This document shows positions 62,337 through 64,000 of a stretch of 64,000 nt of DNA, piece by piece. The notes under the pieces were generated by a model that did not search any database, was not told the origin of the DNA, and saw only the letters and a list, made by a program, of their open reading frames with translations. Source of the stretch: Octopus vulgaris (taxonomy: Eukaryota); NCBI GenBank assembly GCA_951406725.2, contig OX597819.1, positions 97,340,001 through 97,404,000 on the forward strand. Reading direction: 5' to 3'. The position numbers and the translations under genes were made by a program. Every line of letters begins with the position of its first letter. The first letter of the stretch is position 1.

Positions 62337-62920
62337 TACTTACTCTTTTACTTGCTTCAGTCATTTGACTGGCCATGCTGGAGCACCACTTTTAGTCGAG
62401 CAAATCAACCCCAGGACTTATTCTTTGTAAGCCTAGTACTTATTCTATTGGTTTCTTTTGCCAAACTGCTAAGTTATGGGGACATAAACACACCAGCATC
62501 GGTTGTCAAGCGATGTTGGGGGGGACAAATGCAGACACACAAACACATACACACACACATACACATACATATATATAATGCAAAGAAGAATGCAGTGTAC
62601 ATTCAAACACAAAAGAGATACCCAAAGAATAAGATATCTGACTCGCTAGAGGGAGCAGTTAAAACTCCAAGCCACCAATTGTTGTAATTCCGAAAGTGAT
62701 TGGAAAATAAAAACTTTTACCGTAAACCTATATATATATATACATATATATATACGACGGGCTTCTTTCAGTTTCCATCAACCAAATCCACTCACAAAAC
62801 TTTGGTCGGCCCGAGGCTATAGTAGAAAACACTTGCCCAAAGTGCCACGCAGTTGGACTGAACCCAGAACCATGTGGTTCGTAAACAAGCTACTTACCAC
62901 ATAGCCACTCCTACGCCTAC
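62337..62920 (-). mobile_element. SINE family A with a ~150-bp foreign insert in its central (TA)n
   Basis: SINE halves flank 62577-62728; decayed plus-strand copy at ~63020-63185. Confidence 0.82.
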
Positions 62921-63848
62921 TTGTAGAAATTATTAAAATATTAATCACTGAGCTGATGTTGTCTCTAATATCTAATTACCACATAATTATTTCTAATCCA
63001 ATATTTAGATAATATACAGGGGTAGGTATGGCTGTTTGTTACTGAGTTCACTTTGCAAGCACATAGTTTTGGAGTTCAGTTCCACTGTATGGCAGTTTGG
63101 GCTAACATGTTTTACTATAATACTTGGGCTGACCAATGTCTTGTAAATGTAAATGGTAGATGGAAACTGTGCAGAAGACTGTCATACATTTATACATATA
63201 TACATACATGCATATGTATCTATATATATATGTGCATATGTGTATAAATGCATGCATGTATACACACACACACACACACACACACATACACACACTAAAC
63301 ACACTTGCACATGCACACACACATACAAATTTTACTGGCAGCCCAGGTACTTTCAGTGACTTGTTCAATAACGATACTTCTATCAGCCAGACTAGCAGCC
63401 AAGCTCACCTGGGAAATTCCTTGAATTCATCTGCCTGCCTTTTAACAAACAGCCCATCTGGCAAGTTTTTTTTTCAAAACTAAGACTTTCCATAAATGAT
63501 GTAGTTTGTTATTACCAGAAAGCCTACTTTCTTCTTCACACTGTACAGATTCTAAACAGACACACAAATAAATATATAAATACATGCACACATATAGAAA
63601 TCATTAACAAACATGTAGAATGCTGTGTGCTTATTCATCTCAGTGAATTTCATTCTTTGGAAATTTTTATAACATTCATTATTTCCTGTGCTTATTATTT
63701 CAGATTCTTGATACTGAAATTGAAACCTTATCTCGTAGGTAAATACTCATTAAAGTTAAAACAATTCTGTGCCAAGCACTACTCATTCATGTAATGGTAC
63801 AAAGTTGACAGTGAAATATTAATTAATACTGTACCAATACAGTAAAGG

Positions 63849-63849
<1 letters not shown>

Positions 63850-63893
<44 letters not shown>
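63850..63893. repeat. (TA)n microsatellite
   Basis: Direct. Confidence 0.95.
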
Positions 63894-63896
<3 letters not shown>

Positions 63897-64000
63897 TGTC
63901 ACATGTATAATCTCACTGTGAAGTTATGTTCCTTGGCTGGATCACAGGGTTTTTTCTTTTGATAGCTTGGAATGGGGATTAAATATTAAAAAATTCCTTA

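Noticed and set aside
63414-63551. Exon-like segment on the minus strand (ttAG … CAG|GTGAGC)
   Set aside because: Stop in the longest frame, no homology; cannot be distinguished from chance without RNA data.

Overview
AT-rich, repeat-dense animal genomic DNA. The SINE/LINE repertoire and microsatellite style suggest an octopus (coleoid cephalopod); that assignment is inference. The only host coding sequence I can support is the first coding exon of a type I cAMP-dependent protein kinase regulatory subunit (PKA-RI dimerization/docking domain, minus strand, 34163-33999). It ends in a GTAAGT donor, and I could not find the next conserved exon in the ~34 kb downstream. A CpG-retaining promoter-like zone (~33.9-35.8 kb) carries a perfect CRE and a YY1 motif over the ATG. 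The rest is transposon debris: two mariner fossils, maT-like fragments, RTE/CR1/R4-Dong LINE fragments, Helitron ends, hAT- and piggyBac-type MITEs, several SINE families, and mini/microsatellites. The best leads are a 430-bp intronic fold-back containing a hammerhead-like core, a decayed Penelope-type hammerhead in a (TA)n tract, a stem-loop array in an RTE 3' UTR, an RTE with three C2H2 fingers, and a candidate alternative terminal exon giving a docking-domain-only PKA-RI. All alignments were done by eye, and repeat boundaries are approximate.
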